Shown here: piece after piece, positions 44,705 through 55,769 of the stretch
Layout: every line of letters begins with the position of its first letter
Position numbering within the stretch: position 1 is the first letter of the stretch
Source of the DNA: Candidatus Methylomirabilales bacterium
GTDB lineage: Bacteria; Methylomirabilota; Methylomirabilia; Methylomirabilales; CSP1-5
NCBI GenBank assembly: GCA_046758505.1
Contig: JBHIAH010000001.1
Location: 94,677 to 158,676 of the forward strand
Length of the DNA: 64,000 bases
Reading direction: 5' to 3'
Translations under genes and position numbers: made by a program
The notes under the pieces: model-generated
Databases searched by the model: none
What the model was told of the DNA's origin: nothing
Seen by the model: only the letters and a program-made list of their open reading frames with translations

Positions 44705-45433
44705 ATGACGCCTCACGACAAACTCGGGTTCATCTTTCTGTTCCTTGCCCTGACACCTGTGGTATCCGTTCCCAACCCGCATCCGTCCCCCCCCATCCAG
44801 CTCCACGATCCCGACGAGGACTCCACGTGGAAGCGCCTCAAAGAAGAGGACGGGGTCACGATCTTCCTGCGGGAAAGACCAGGAAGCTCCATGAAAGAGG
44901 GTATCGGGAAGGGCGTTATTGATGCTCCGCCGTGTCGGGTGTTTCAAGTCCTCACGGATTCCGATCATCTTGTCGAGTTCATGCCGTATCTCAAAGCCCG
45001 CGTTGTGAAGGGTGCCAGCCCTGACCGGGAATATATCTGCGAATACCTGGACTTCCCGTGGCCCATCTCGGACCGTATTCTCAATCTCCGGGTCGACCGG
45101 ATCCGGAAGTACCGAAACCGCCCGTGCGGATACATCGTCTACTGGCAGAAAGACGAGACCTACACGTGCACGATAGAGGACATCCACACAGTCTACGACG
45201 GGGGGGTGCCCGACCCCGTCGTCCCTCCCGCCAACCAGGGGTACTGGCATCTCCTCCCCGCGGAGGGGGGTCAGAAGACCCTGGCGTACTATTACGCCTT
45301 CAGCGATCCGGGAGGAAGCATTCCCAGCTGGCTGAAGAACTTTCTTGTTGATGATGCCATCCTACGTTTATTCCAGGCCGTCCGAGAACGCGCCACGAGC
45401 GCGAACCTGTACCCGCCGTGTCAGTGCCCCTGA
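44705..45433 (+). CDS. Exported START (SRPBCC) lipid-binding domain protein
   Basis: Signal peptide; WKRLKEEDGVTIF, FPWPISDR, DPGGSIPSWL motifs. Confidence 0.8.
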   Translation: MTPHDKLGFIFLFLALTPVVSVPNPHPSPPIQLHDPDEDSTWKRLKEEDGVTIFLRERPGSSMKEGIGKGVIDAPPCRVFQVLTDSDHLVEFMPYLKARVVKGASPDREYICEYLDFPWPISDRILNLRVDRIRKYRNRPCGYIVYWQKDETYTCTIEDIHTVYDGGVPDPVVPPANQGYWHLLPAEGGQKTLAYYYAFSDPGGSIPSWLKNFLVDDAILRLFQAVRERATSANLYPPCQCP

Positions 45434-45760
45434 ACATGGGCATCCATGCCGTGGATGCCGTCTCCCATCTCCCTGCCTTACTCCCAGTCCCGCCCCAGGG
45501 TATCCAGGCGGAGCCCCGTCGGTGGCCGTCACCGACTCCCGAGTAAACCTCTCCCGTTTCGGCCCGTGGCCCCCCCTCCCACACCCGATCTCCGCCGTTG
45601 CTTCACCGCGATGGCGGACGCCCCGAGCCGGAGTCTTGCATTCCGGTACACCGTATGGTAGCCTTTGGCCTCTGCGCGCGCTGGGGTTCAATGTCCACCC
45701 TCCCATTTTCTGTTACGCTGTTCACGGCGAGTCATCCACCTTCGAGGAGGAGGTCAGGTC

Positions 45761-47011
45761 ATGGCCGAAAAGGAGTTATACGAGGTCGGCACAATCCCCC
45801 CTTTAGGATCTGTTCCCAAGAAAATGCACGCCTACGTGATTCGCCCCGAGCATCATGGCCCCCCCCTCCAATCGATGACACCCGAAGTCGTGGACGTCCC
45901 CGACATCGCTCCCAACGAAGTCCTGGTTCAGGTGATGACCGCGGGAGTCAACTACAACGGCGTGTGGGCGGCGTTGGGACAGCCGGCGTCGCCGACCCGC
46001 TTTCATAAGCATCCGTTTCACATCGCAGGGAGCGATGCTGCGGGGGTCATCTGGAAGATGGGGAGCGCCGTCGGAAGTGCCACGTACCCCTGGAAGGTGG
46101 GGGACGAGGTCCTGATCCACTGTGGACAGACCTGCGGTCAATGCCCCCAGTGCAACGGGGGAGATCCCATGCTCTGTCGCGAACAAAAGATCTGGGGGTA
46201 TGAATCACCCTACGGCGCCTTCGCCCAATTTACCAAGGTCCAGGTCCAGCAGCTGTTACCCAAACCTGCATCCCTCACGTGGGAGGAGAGTGGCTGCTAC
46301 ATGCTGGTCCTGGCCACCGCCTGGCGGATGCTGTACGGGCATCCCCCCCACACCCTGCGGCCCGGCATGAACGTGCTCGTCTGGGGGGGGTCCGGCGGAT
46401 TGGGGACCATGGCCATCCAGATCATCCGCGCAGCAGGAGCCAACGCCATTGCGGTCGTCTCGAACGACGAGCGGGGTAAATGGTGCCTCGAGCTCGGTGC
46501 CAAGGCGTACATCAATCGAAAAAACTTCAGGTGTTGGGGACAACTGCCTCCCGTATCCGACCAAGAGACGTACGGTGCATATGTCAAGGAGGTGCGGAAA
46601 TTCGGGCAGGCCATTTGGGATACCACCGGTAAAGGGGTCGATCCGGATATCGTCTTCGAGCATCCGGGCGAACAGACGTTTCCGGTGAGCTGCTATGTGG
46701 CAAATCGCGGTGGCATGGTGGTGTTCTGCGCCGGGACCACCGGATTCAATTTGACGCTCGATGCTTCGTATGTCTGGATGCGCCAGAAGCGAATTCAGGG
46801 CTCACACTTCGCCACCCAGTATCAAGCCGACGCCGCCAACCGGGCGGTCATGGATGGGACCATCAAGCCTGCCATGTCGGAGGTCTTTGAATGGGAACGC
46901 ATTCCGGAAGCCCATGACCGCATGATGAACAACACCCACCCCCCGGGGAACATGGCATTGATGGTTCAGGCTCCGCGGCGGGGTTTAAAGCGCCTGGCGG
47001 AAATGATCTAG
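45761..47011 (+). CDS. ccr: Crotonyl-CoA carboxylase/reductase
   Basis: AGVNYNGVWA, GSD, IWGYE, FEHPG, WMRQKRIQGSHF. Confidence 0.92.
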   Translation: MAEKELYEVGTIPPLGSVPKKMHAYVIRPEHHGPPLQSMTPEVVDVPDIAPNEVLVQVMTAGVNYNGVWAALGQPASPTRFHKHPFHIAGSDAAGVIWKMGSAVGSATYPWKVGDEVLIHCGQTCGQCPQCNGGDPMLCREQKIWGYESPYGAFAQFTKVQVQQLLPKPASLTWEESGCYMLVLATAWRMLYGHPPHTLRPGMNVLVWGGSGGLGTMAIQIIRAAGANAIAVVSNDERGKWCLELGAKAYINRKNFRCWGQLPPVSDQETYGAYVKEVRKFGQAIWDTTGKGVDPDIVFEHPGEQTFPVSCYVANRGGMVVFCAGTTGFNLTLDASYVWMRQKRIQGSHFATQYQADAANRAVMDGTIKPAMSEVFEWERIPEAHDRMMNNTHPPGNMALMVQAPRRGLKRLAEMI

Positions 47012-47132
47012 CCGCGCGATCCATGAGCAGTCGGCGGTTGGTGCTCAGCCGCTGCAAATCAGCCATTAGCGGTCAGCCCGAAGAATTGGAAACTGATAGC
47101 TGACTGCTGACGGCCGACTGCTGGCAGCTGTT

Positions 47133-48035
47133 CTATTGGGCGAGTTGCGCCACGGTGGCGATGAGGGTCCGGGCCACCCGGGCCATGAAGGGATAATCGA
47201 GCGTCTCCGGGGTGTCGGTCGGCCGGTGATAGTGCGGATTTCGAAGAAAGGCGGTATCGGTCAGCATCATGGCCGGATACCCGTGATCCCAGAAAGGGGC
47301 ATGGTCGCTCCAGCGGCTTACGGGGATCAGGAGCCCCCGCAGGAACACCCAATAGGTGACCAGCGTGAGGTCCGGCACGTACCGGGTAGCCGCATCCTCG
47401 AGGCGCGCCAGGAGGGGGCGCGACCGGCGGTTTCCGATGACGCCGAGGAAGTCGCCGACCGTCGGTATCGTTTTCAGGATCCCCCAGGGCACCGTCTGGC
47501 TGCCGGGTCGATGATCCGTGTAACCGACCATTTCCAGGATGAATACTCCGTCATACCTTCGTCCTCGTGACCACGCTTGCTGCGCAAAGTGGCGACTGCC
47601 GTGCCGATAGGAATCGAGCCCCGTCTGGGGCTCTTCCAGGCTAAAACCCACAAATTGGAGGCTGGCAGCTGGCTTGAGTTGGCTCAGCGCCTTCGCGGCG
47701 GCCAGGAGGACGGCGACCCCGCTCGCATTGTCATCAGCTCCCGGCGACCCGTCAATCGCATCGTAGTGCGCCCCCAGAAGGAGACCGGGCCTGTCCGGCA
47801 CGGATCCGGGAAGGGTGGCGACCACGTTGAAGTAGGGACGGCCCATGTAGGGGAAGGGCTCGCAGTGCACCCGAAATCCGAAGGTGGCAAACTCCTCCGC
47901 GAGACGTTTCCCCGTTCGAGCCAACTGCTCCGGGTGTGCCTGTCCGTGGCGGGGGCCGACCAGAATCTCCACCCACCGGGAGAGATCTTCCTCTCGCACA
48001 CCCCGGAGCAGCTCGGCCGTCACGCACCCGTCCAT
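47133..48035 (-). CDS. M28 family metallopeptidase
   Basis: GAHYD, PGADDNASG, FSLEE, LEMVGY, WSDH, NPHYH. Confidence 0.88.
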   Translation of the reverse strand: MDGCVTAELLRGVREEDLSRWVEILVGPRHGQAHPEQLARTGKRLAEEFATFGFRVHCEPFPYMGRPYFNVVATLPGSVPDRPGLLLGAHYDAIDGSPGADDNASGVAVLLAAAKALSQLKPAASLQFVGFSLEEPQTGLDSYRHGSRHFAQQAWSRGRRYDGVFILEMVGYTDHRPGSQTVPWGILKTIPTVGDFLGVIGNRRSRPLLARLEDAATRYVPDLTLVTYWVFLRGLLIPVSRWSDHAPFWDHGYPAMMLTDTAFLRNPHYHRPTDTPETLDYPFMARVARTLIATVAQLAQ

Positions 48036-48346
48036 AATGCCAGACCGTATAAGAGACACGGGCAAAAGTCCAGGGAGAAGGGAGGGGGAACGGCGGCGAC
48101 TTGCCCGGATTTCGAGGAGGAGGTCCGCCGCGGGCCACGCTTCTCCCCACCGCGGCGATTCTGCGACCGGGTCGCTGCCGGTTTTTGGCCCTCCAGGCGA
48201 CTGGGCGAGGGCCACTCGCGGGGTTCCAACGCCCTCGTCTGTTCCTGCTTGCTTTGGAAAAGGGGGATGCCATAGAATAAGACCCCATTTCCGGGGTGCC
48301 TGACCCTGGAGGGGTGCTTTGCCAGTGAGGAGGGATACCGGGCAGG

Positions 48347-49318
48347 GTGAAGGCCTTGGTCACGGGCGCGACCGGGTTCATCGGCAGCCACCTCGTGGAG
48401 TACCTGTTGCAGCGGGGAGACGATGTCACCTGTCTCGCCCGGAGCCGAAGCCGCCTCCGGTGGCTGAAAGGTTTACAGGTCAGGGTCGTCGAGGGAGACT
48501 GCACGGATCCTGCCCTGGGGGGGCGCCTTGTTGAGGACTTTGACTGGGTCTTTCATCTGGCTGGGCTCACCAAGACCCTGGAGCGCAACGAGTATTACCG
48601 GGTTAACGGGAAGGGGACGGCCAACCTGGGCACGATCCTGGCCCAGAAGAGACGACCACCCCGGCTGGTGTACCTGAGCAGTCTGGCAGCGGCCGGGCCC
48701 AGCACGGACGGACATCCGTTGCGGGAATCTGACCCCCCCCAGCCGGTAAGTCATTACGGCCGGAGCAAGCTGGAGGGGGAGAACGGGCTGACACGACTCG
48801 GGGCCGGGATTCCCTGGACCATTGTCCGGGCACCGGTGATTTATGGTCCCCGGGACCGCGACCTCTTGGTCTTCTTTCAGCTGGCCAAACGGCGGGTGGC
48901 GTTTCGCCTGGGGAGGAGACAGGCCTTCAGCCTCTGTTATGTGGAGGACTTGGTACGCGGCCTGCATTTGGCAGCCGAGCGGGGAGGGACCGGAGAGATA
49001 TACTACCTCGCAGAGGCCTCTCCCCGGTCCTGGGACGAGATATCGGAGGCCATTGGGGCGGCCGTGGGGGTCCGGCCAATGACGGTTCCCCTCCCTCGTC
49101 CCCTCCTGGCCGGCGCCGCGTGGGTTTCGGAGGGGATGGCGCGCCTCACGGGAATTCGACCGCTCCTCAACCGAGACAAGGCCCGGGAAATGCAGCAGCA
49201 ATACTGGATATGCAATCCGGGCAAGGCCGCACGGGATTTAGGCTTCGCCACCTCCATCCCCCTACGCACGGGAACGGCACGGGTGGCGAAGTGGTATGAG
49301 CGTCACGGCTGGCTCTAA
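48347..49318 (+). CDS. NAD-dependent epimerase/dehydratase (extended SDR); candidate ceramide reductase
   Basis: TGATGFIG, HLAG, SSLAA, YGRSK; first gene of the operon with spt and GNAT. Confidence 0.85.
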   Translation: MKALVTGATGFIGSHLVEYLLQRGDDVTCLARSRSRLRWLKGLQVRVVEGDCTDPALGGRLVEDFDWVFHLAGLTKTLERNEYYRVNGKGTANLGTILAQKRRPPRLVYLSSLAAAGPSTDGHPLRESDPPQPVSHYGRSKLEGENGLTRLGAGIPWTIVRAPVIYGPRDRDLLVFFQLAKRRVAFRLGRRQAFSLCYVEDLVRGLHLAAERGGTGEIYYLAEASPRSWDEISEAIGAAVGVRPMTVPLPRPLLAGAAWVSEGMARLTGIRPLLNRDKAREMQQQYWICNPGKAARDLGFATSIPLRTGTARVAKWYERHGWL

Positions 49319-49329
49319 AGGAGGAGGGC

Positions 49330-50508
<1,179 letters not shown>

Positions 50509-50510
50509 CC

Positions 50511-51614
50511 GTGGAGGTCTTCCCCGTCGTCACCGATCGAGATCTCCACGCCTTCCTCCACCTACCATGGCGTATCTACCGGGGCGATCCCCACTGGGTT
50601 CCCCCCCTCCTCCTCGAACAGCGCCAACTCCTTACGCGTCAACACCCCTTTTTTGAAAAAGCCGAGATCCGCCTGTTCCTGGCCAGGGAAGGGGGGGAGG
50701 TCGTCGGCCGTATCGCCGCCATTGTGGACCACCACTTCCTTGAATCGCATCACGAGCCGGTCGCTTTCTTCGGGTTTTTCGAATGCCTCAACGACAGGTC
50801 CGCTACGCGGGAGCTTTTCGGCGCGGTCCAGGAATTCCTGCGCGGGAAAGGCATGCAGGCAATCCGCGGACCGGTCAACCCCTCCATGCACGATCCCTGC
50901 GGCCTCTTGATCGACGGCTTCGAGTCCGCACCCGTCTTCCTGATGCCCTATAACCCTCCCACCTACTCGGATCTCCTGGAGGAAGTCGGTTGCCGAAAGG
51001 TGAAGGACCTCCTGGCGTACACTCTCCGGATCTGGACCGACCCACCCCCCAAGGTGCTCCGATCGGCCGAGGAGGCCCGGCGAAGGGGTATTCAAGTTCG
51101 GCAAATAGACTTGAAGCGCCTGGGAGACGAAGTCCGAATCATCTGCGAACTCTACAATACCGCCTGGCAGAACAACTGGGGTTTCACCCCGATGACCCAG
51201 GCAGAAGCCGAATGGATGGCAAAAAATTTGAGACTCCTGATCGTGCCTTCCCTCACCCTGATCGCCGAGGCGGAAGGGAATCCTATCGGCTTTCTGATGC
51301 TCCTGCCCGATTACAACCAGGCGGTGCGACATCTCAACGGTCGTCTGGGACCCCTCGGCTTCCTCAAGTTCCTCTGGTACCGTCGTCGGATCCGCGACGT
51401 CCGCCTCCTCCTCCTGGGCATGCGACCCGCGTACCGAGGCAAGGGAGTGGATTCACTCCTCAACCTCACCGCCTTTCAGGCCCTCAAGCAAAAAGGCTAT
51501 ATCCAGGCGGAGATCTCTTGGATCCTGGAGGACAACTGGGTCGTCCTTCGGATGGCGGAACGTCTCGGCGGGGCCCTCTACAAACGATACCGGATCTACG
51601 AACTGCCTGTATGA
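50511..51614 (+). CDS. Tandem GNAT acyltransferase; candidate bacterial ceramide synthase
   Basis: WVPPL, GRIAA, FFGFFEC, MPYNPP, NWGF, SWILEDN, YKRYRIY, typical of the bCerS/YghO-like family. Confidence 0.78.
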   Translation: MEVFPVVTDRDLHAFLHLPWRIYRGDPHWVPPLLLEQRQLLTRQHPFFEKAEIRLFLAREGGEVVGRIAAIVDHHFLESHHEPVAFFGFFECLNDRSATRELFGAVQEFLRGKGMQAIRGPVNPSMHDPCGLLIDGFESAPVFLMPYNPPTYSDLLEEVGCRKVKDLLAYTLRIWTDPPPKVLRSAEEARRRGIQVRQIDLKRLGDEVRIICELYNTAWQNNWGFTPMTQAEAEWMAKNLRLLIVPSLTLIAEAEGNPIGFLMLLPDYNQAVRHLNGRLGPLGFLKFLWYRRRIRDVRLLLLGMRPAYRGKGVDSLLNLTAFQALKQKGYIQAEISWILEDNWVVLRMAERLGGALYKRYRIYELPV

Positions 51615-51685
51615 CCCGATGACCGACGACCGACGACCGAAGTTACAAAGAGCGAGGAGGGGGTTCCTTCCGAGGCGGGCGCCAT

Positions 51686-51743
51686 CTGGCTTGCGTCTGG
51701 CCGGGGTCCCACCGCCGAAGCGTAGCGCAGGCGGGGGTGGCCC
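51686..51743 (+). repeat. Dispersed REP-like repeat, copy 2
   Basis: Ungapped 48/58 match to 1133-1190. Confidence 0.7.
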
Positions 51744-51867
51744 GCATAGGCAAATCACGACGCCTGAACGTGTGTGACGTGGCCGCTGCGCACCACGTTC
51801 TAGCAGAATTATGGCGCCGCTGAGGAAGGTCCCTCCGAGCTCTTGGTTGGTGGTCGCCGGTCGTCGA

Positions 51868-52743
51868 TCATCCGTCCCCAGCCCGCCGCCACCAGAGAAC
51901 CGTCGTCATCCGCTCGACCACCAGACAGAGGAGAGCGAGCAGGATTCCCGCCAGGACGTCAATCACATAGTGATAGCGCAGGTAGACGGTGGAGCAGATC
52001 AGGGCCACGACGACGGGGAGGAGGATCCAAAAGAGGCGACGGACGAACTGCCGGGCGTACCAGAGGACCAGGAGGACGACGGCGGTGTGACCGCTCGGAA
52101 AGGCATCCCGCTTGAATCGCTCGAGGGCGTTCAAGGTCTCCCAGATCGTGTCCGCCGCGAAGACCCCGTGCAGGTCTACCGTTTGCAGATGCGCCAGCGT
52201 GAACCGGGGCCCCACGGCAGGGATCAGGAAGTAGCCCAGATAGGAGAGGTAAAAACCAAGGGTCATTCCACAGACCGCCCGATCAAAGTCCCCCGCTTTC
52301 CCCCACCGATAGAGAGGCACGGCCAGGATCACGGGAAGAAAGTAATAGGACGCGTAGGCCCAGGTCAGGAGTTCCGTAAGCACGGGGTGGATAAAGCGCT
52401 CCAGCCAGACGGTGGGGTGCACCCCCAAGAGGGCGTGGTCCAGCTGGATCAGGAGCGTGTCCCGGACAAAGGGGCTCACCCACGGCAGGAGATCGGCAAT
52501 ACTATCGAAGATGACCGCAACGAATAACAAGGGGTAGAACGCGTGGAGTAGCCGCACGACGCAGACGTGCCCCCGATCCAGCCACCAGAGGAGCGTGAGG
52601 GCCAGGGTTAGGCCCCCGTATTTCACCAGGAGGGCAGGCACGTGCGGGTTGAGAGGCCGCGTCGCCACCGTGGTGACGATCAGGACAAGAAGCGCAAGAT
52701 AGGTGATGAGATCCACCGGCTTGAGTCGTCGAGGCCCCTTCAT
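51868..52743 (-). CDS. PAP2-superfamily membrane phosphotransferase (Aur1/IPC-synthase-like)
   Basis: About eight TM helices; PAVGP, AFPSGH, STVYLRYHYVIDVLAG. Confidence 0.8.
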   Translation of the reverse strand: MKGPRRLKPVDLITYLALLVLIVTTVATRPLNPHVPALLVKYGGLTLALTLLWWLDRGHVCVVRLLHAFYPLLFVAVIFDSIADLLPWVSPFVRDTLLIQLDHALLGVHPTVWLERFIHPVLTELLTWAYASYYFLPVILAVPLYRWGKAGDFDRAVCGMTLGFYLSYLGYFLIPAVGPRFTLAHLQTVDLHGVFAADTIWETLNALERFKRDAFPSGHTAVVLLVLWYARQFVRRLFWILLPVVVALICSTVYLRYHYVIDVLAGILLALLCLVVERMTTVLWWRRAGDG

Positions 52744-53092
52744 GTACCCTCCGGCTGTGGATATCGAGCCCCCATCTTAATGGCTTTCGTTGGTTTTTCA
52801 AGACGAAAGCTCCCACATCGCCGGAGCCCGCCCATCCGCAAACGTGGAAGGGCAACGAGATCCCAGCGTCGCGGCCGAGCGAATTCAAGGAAAAGGAAAA
52901 GGTTGAGGTGGGGGGGCAAACGTGCTATCTAGAAGGAGAGGAGTCGTTCCGAAGGACACGCCGAAGCGACCTTACGAAGCCGCAGAGGACCCGATCCCCC
53001 ACACGCTTCATGAGCACACGACCCAGGAGGCGCACCGAGGGAGCCCATGAAGGTCCTGGCGGTTCCTCGAGCGAGACGAAAAGGAGGATACC

Positions 53093-53644
53093 ATGGTAGA
53101 CCCCCAGGAAATCGAAGAGGATTACGGGGACGAATATCTAACCGTCAGCGAAGAACGGGAGCAGCCGCGGATTACGGTGGACGAAGGGATCTTCAACCAT
53201 CCCATCCAAGACCTGCACTATCATCCGCCCCTCTGTCTCCAGCGCACTGCCAAGCTGGCCGAGGCGGTTGAGCTCATGAAGCGTCACAGTGTGGGGGCCG
53301 TGATGATCCAGGAGGGGGAAACCCTGGTCGGGATCCTCTCGGAACGGGACATCCTGCGGAAGGTCCTGGGGAGCAAAACGGATCTGAGCCGGGCGACGAT
53401 CGAATCGCATATGACCGCCGACCCGGAGGTCATCACCCTTGATGACAGCGTCGGCCGCGCCATTTTTGTGATGCAAGGGGGAGGCTTCCGGCATCTCCCC
53501 CTTGTGGACCACCAGCACCGGCCGGTCGGGATCGTCTCGGTCAAAGATATCCTGGAATACATTGTCGGGTTCTTCGCCCAAACCCTCTTAACCCGGCCCC
53601 CCAAACCCCGCCGAGAGTACGTCCCCCGCGTCGAGGGCGGCTAA
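53093..53644 (+). CDS. CBS domain protein
   Basis: GILSERDIL, MTADP, FRHLPLV..GIVSVKDIL; AGGAGG RBS. Confidence 0.88.
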   Translation: MVDPQEIEEDYGDEYLTVSEEREQPRITVDEGIFNHPIQDLHYHPPLCLQRTAKLAEAVELMKRHSVGAVMIQEGETLVGILSERDILRKVLGSKTDLSRATIESHMTADPEVITLDDSVGRAIFVMQGGGFRHLPLVDHQHRPVGIVSVKDILEYIVGFFAQTLLTRPPKPRREYVPRVEGG

Positions 53645-53672
53645 CCCGTCACAAGCAATCAGCTGTCGGCTG

Positions 53673-54380
53673 TCAGCGATCAGCTTTCTTACGTCTCTGC
53701 CGACTGCTGACAGCGGACTGCGGACTGCTGTTCTTGCGCTTCCGGAGGAGGACATGCCAGAAGGCATGGAGGGTCTGGCGTTCCTCCTCGATCCTCAGAA
53801 TCTCAAAGGTCTTCCCGAAGGTCCGGGCGAAGTCGGCCTTGCGAAAAAAGTGGTCGTAGTGGTTCCGGTGCACGATCCAGTTGCGGCGGCGACGCTCGCC
53901 CGGGTAGTGCTTGAACCGGGTGCTGAAAGCGGTGAGGTGAAAGTAGCCGCCGGGCTCGAGAAGTCGCGTCAGGCCGCTCAGGTACCGGGACCAGTCGGCC
54001 TTCTTTACATGGTGGAAGCACCCGCAGTCCACCAGGGCATCGAAGCTCCCGTCCCGAAAAGGGAGGCGAAAGGCGTCCGCCAGCACGACGGTCAGGCGAG
54101 AGCGGACCGCGCGGGCCTCTTGGCGTGCCCGGGCCTTTCCGAGGGCGAGGGGCTCGTAGTCCACGCCCACAGCCCGGTGCCCTTCCTTCCCGAAGCAGAT
54201 CAGGTGTCGTCCCTCGCCACACCCGATGTCGAGGACCCGGGCCCGGCCCCGTTCATGCCTCAGGCGCTTGGCCAGGCGCACCACCGCAGGCGTGGGCCTG
54301 AGACGCGGCCAGGGTGTTTCTTGCGCCTCGTACGCCTCGCGAAAAAAGATCTTCTGCCGTTCGTAGATGGGTATCGCCAT
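53673..54380 (-). CDS. Class I SAM-dependent methyltransferase
   Basis: VLDIGCGEGRH, DAFRLPF, FDALVDCGCFHH. Confidence 0.85.
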   Translation of the reverse strand: MAIPIYERQKIFFREAYEAQETPWPRLRPTPAVVRLAKRLRHERGRARVLDIGCGEGRHLICFGKEGHRAVGVDYEPLALGKARARQEARAVRSRLTVVLADAFRLPFRDGSFDALVDCGCFHHVKKADWSRYLSGLTRLLEPGGYFHLTAFSTRFKHYPGERRRRNWIVHRNHYDHFFRKADFARTFGKTFEILRIEEERQTLHAFWHVLLRKRKNSSPQSAVSSRQRRKKADR

Positions 54381-54381
54381 C

Positions 54382-55677
54382 TCAGAACGCAAGCGCCTGC
54401 GCGGCGGAACGACCAAAGTGCTCCTTGGGCCGGTTGAAATATCCGATCTCGACCTCCGGAGCCTCGCGCCGAATCGTCCGCAAGAGCTCCCGCATCCCGA
54501 TTGCCCGCCCCCGTGGAGGGGGGAGACTCTCGAGGTACCGGCGCGGGTCGATGTTCAGGTTCTTCACCTGGATGAGATCCACGCCCGTCTCCGCGACGAG
54601 GCGAAGCAGCCCTTCGACCTCTTCCTCCCGGTCCGAGACCCCCGGAAAAACGAGCAGATTGATGGCCGTGTAGCAGCCCTCGGCCCCGGCCGTCCGGATC
54701 GACTCGACCACATCGGCAAAGCCGTAATGCTTGGGTCGGTAGTAGGCCGCATAAGTCTCGGGCCGGATCGCGTTGAGGCTGACCCGGATGCTGTCCAGGC
54801 CCGCCCGGCACAGGCGCTCGACGACGCGAGGCAGAGAGCCGTTCGTGTTCAGGTGAATCGTCCCCCGGTCGGTCTGGGCCCGCACGCGCCGGATCGTCGC
54901 CTCGATCAAGGCTCCCTCCAGGAGGGGTTCTCCCTCGCAGCCCTGGCCGAAGCTCACGATGGCCTCCTCCGCCTCGGTGAGGTGCGCTCGCGCCACCGCA
55001 GACAGCTCCTCGACCGTCGGCACAACTGTGACCCGCTCGTGGGAGGCCGGTACGAGTCCTTCGGTTTGAAGCGAGATGCATCCCACGCAGTCCGCGTTGC
55101 AGGCGAAGGCGACGGGGAGCGGCGCCTCCCACCGGCGGTAGAATCCGTTCTTCGCACAGAGACAGTGGTACTCGGTGGCGCAACGTCTTAGCTGGTGCCA
55201 CAGGCGATTCCCCGGCTGCTCGGCGAGACGCGTGCTGATCAGGGGGAGGAGCGTCCGGTCGTCGTACTGCCAGGGTTCCTGGTGGTCCATCGCATCGACG
55301 CGGACCCCCGCAGCGAGGAACTGCCCGTCCCGCCACCCCACGGCGGTGTACGCCCAAAGCGGCAGGTAGGGCGCCGCCGAAGGGTCCGGATAGAAGGCCG
55401 CCGGCAGGTGGGTCCGCATATACCCGGGGGGGAGGAAGGCCCCCACCGCCGTCGCCTGGCGCCGGCCGACCGCCTTGACCGCCCCAAAGCCGTCGCGGGC
55501 TCCGTCCCAACCGACCGGGTGCGCACCGGGCATCGTGAAGAGCCGGGCCCCCTCGGGCAAGGGGATGAGCTGTTCGTCGGGCACCCGGACCCAGGTGGCC
55601 CCCGACGCCCCACCCATCTCGAGGGTCGGATGATCAGAGATCCGCCCCTTCCGATCCGCAAACACGAGGTAGGCCAC
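54382..55677 (-). CDS. Radical SAM protein of unknown function
   Basis: CNADCVGC, SFGQGCEGEP, NTNGS, DSIRVSLN. Confidence 0.88.
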   Translation of the reverse strand: MAYLVFADRKGRISDHPTLEMGGASGATWVRVPDEQLIPLPEGARLFTMPGAHPVGWDGARDGFGAVKAVGRRQATAVGAFLPPGYMRTHLPAAFYPDPSAAPYLPLWAYTAVGWRDGQFLAAGVRVDAMDHQEPWQYDDRTLLPLISTRLAEQPGNRLWHQLRRCATEYHCLCAKNGFYRRWEAPLPVAFACNADCVGCISLQTEGLVPASHERVTVVPTVEELSAVARAHLTEAEEAIVSFGQGCEGEPLLEGALIEATIRRVRAQTDRGTIHLNTNGSLPRVVERLCRAGLDSIRVSLNAIRPETYAAYYRPKHYGFADVVESIRTAGAEGCYTAINLLVFPGVSDREEEVEGLLRLVAETGVDLIQVKNLNIDPRRYLESLPPPRGRAIGMRELLRTIRREAPEVEIGYFNRPKEHFGRSAAQALAF

Positions 55678-55769
55678 GTAACCCCTGCCTCCAATCGCCG
55701 ACCGCGTCGATCCACCGGCTCCCCCTCCCCTTTCCAACGGGGGGGAGAAGCGACAAGCGGCGGTCAGCG

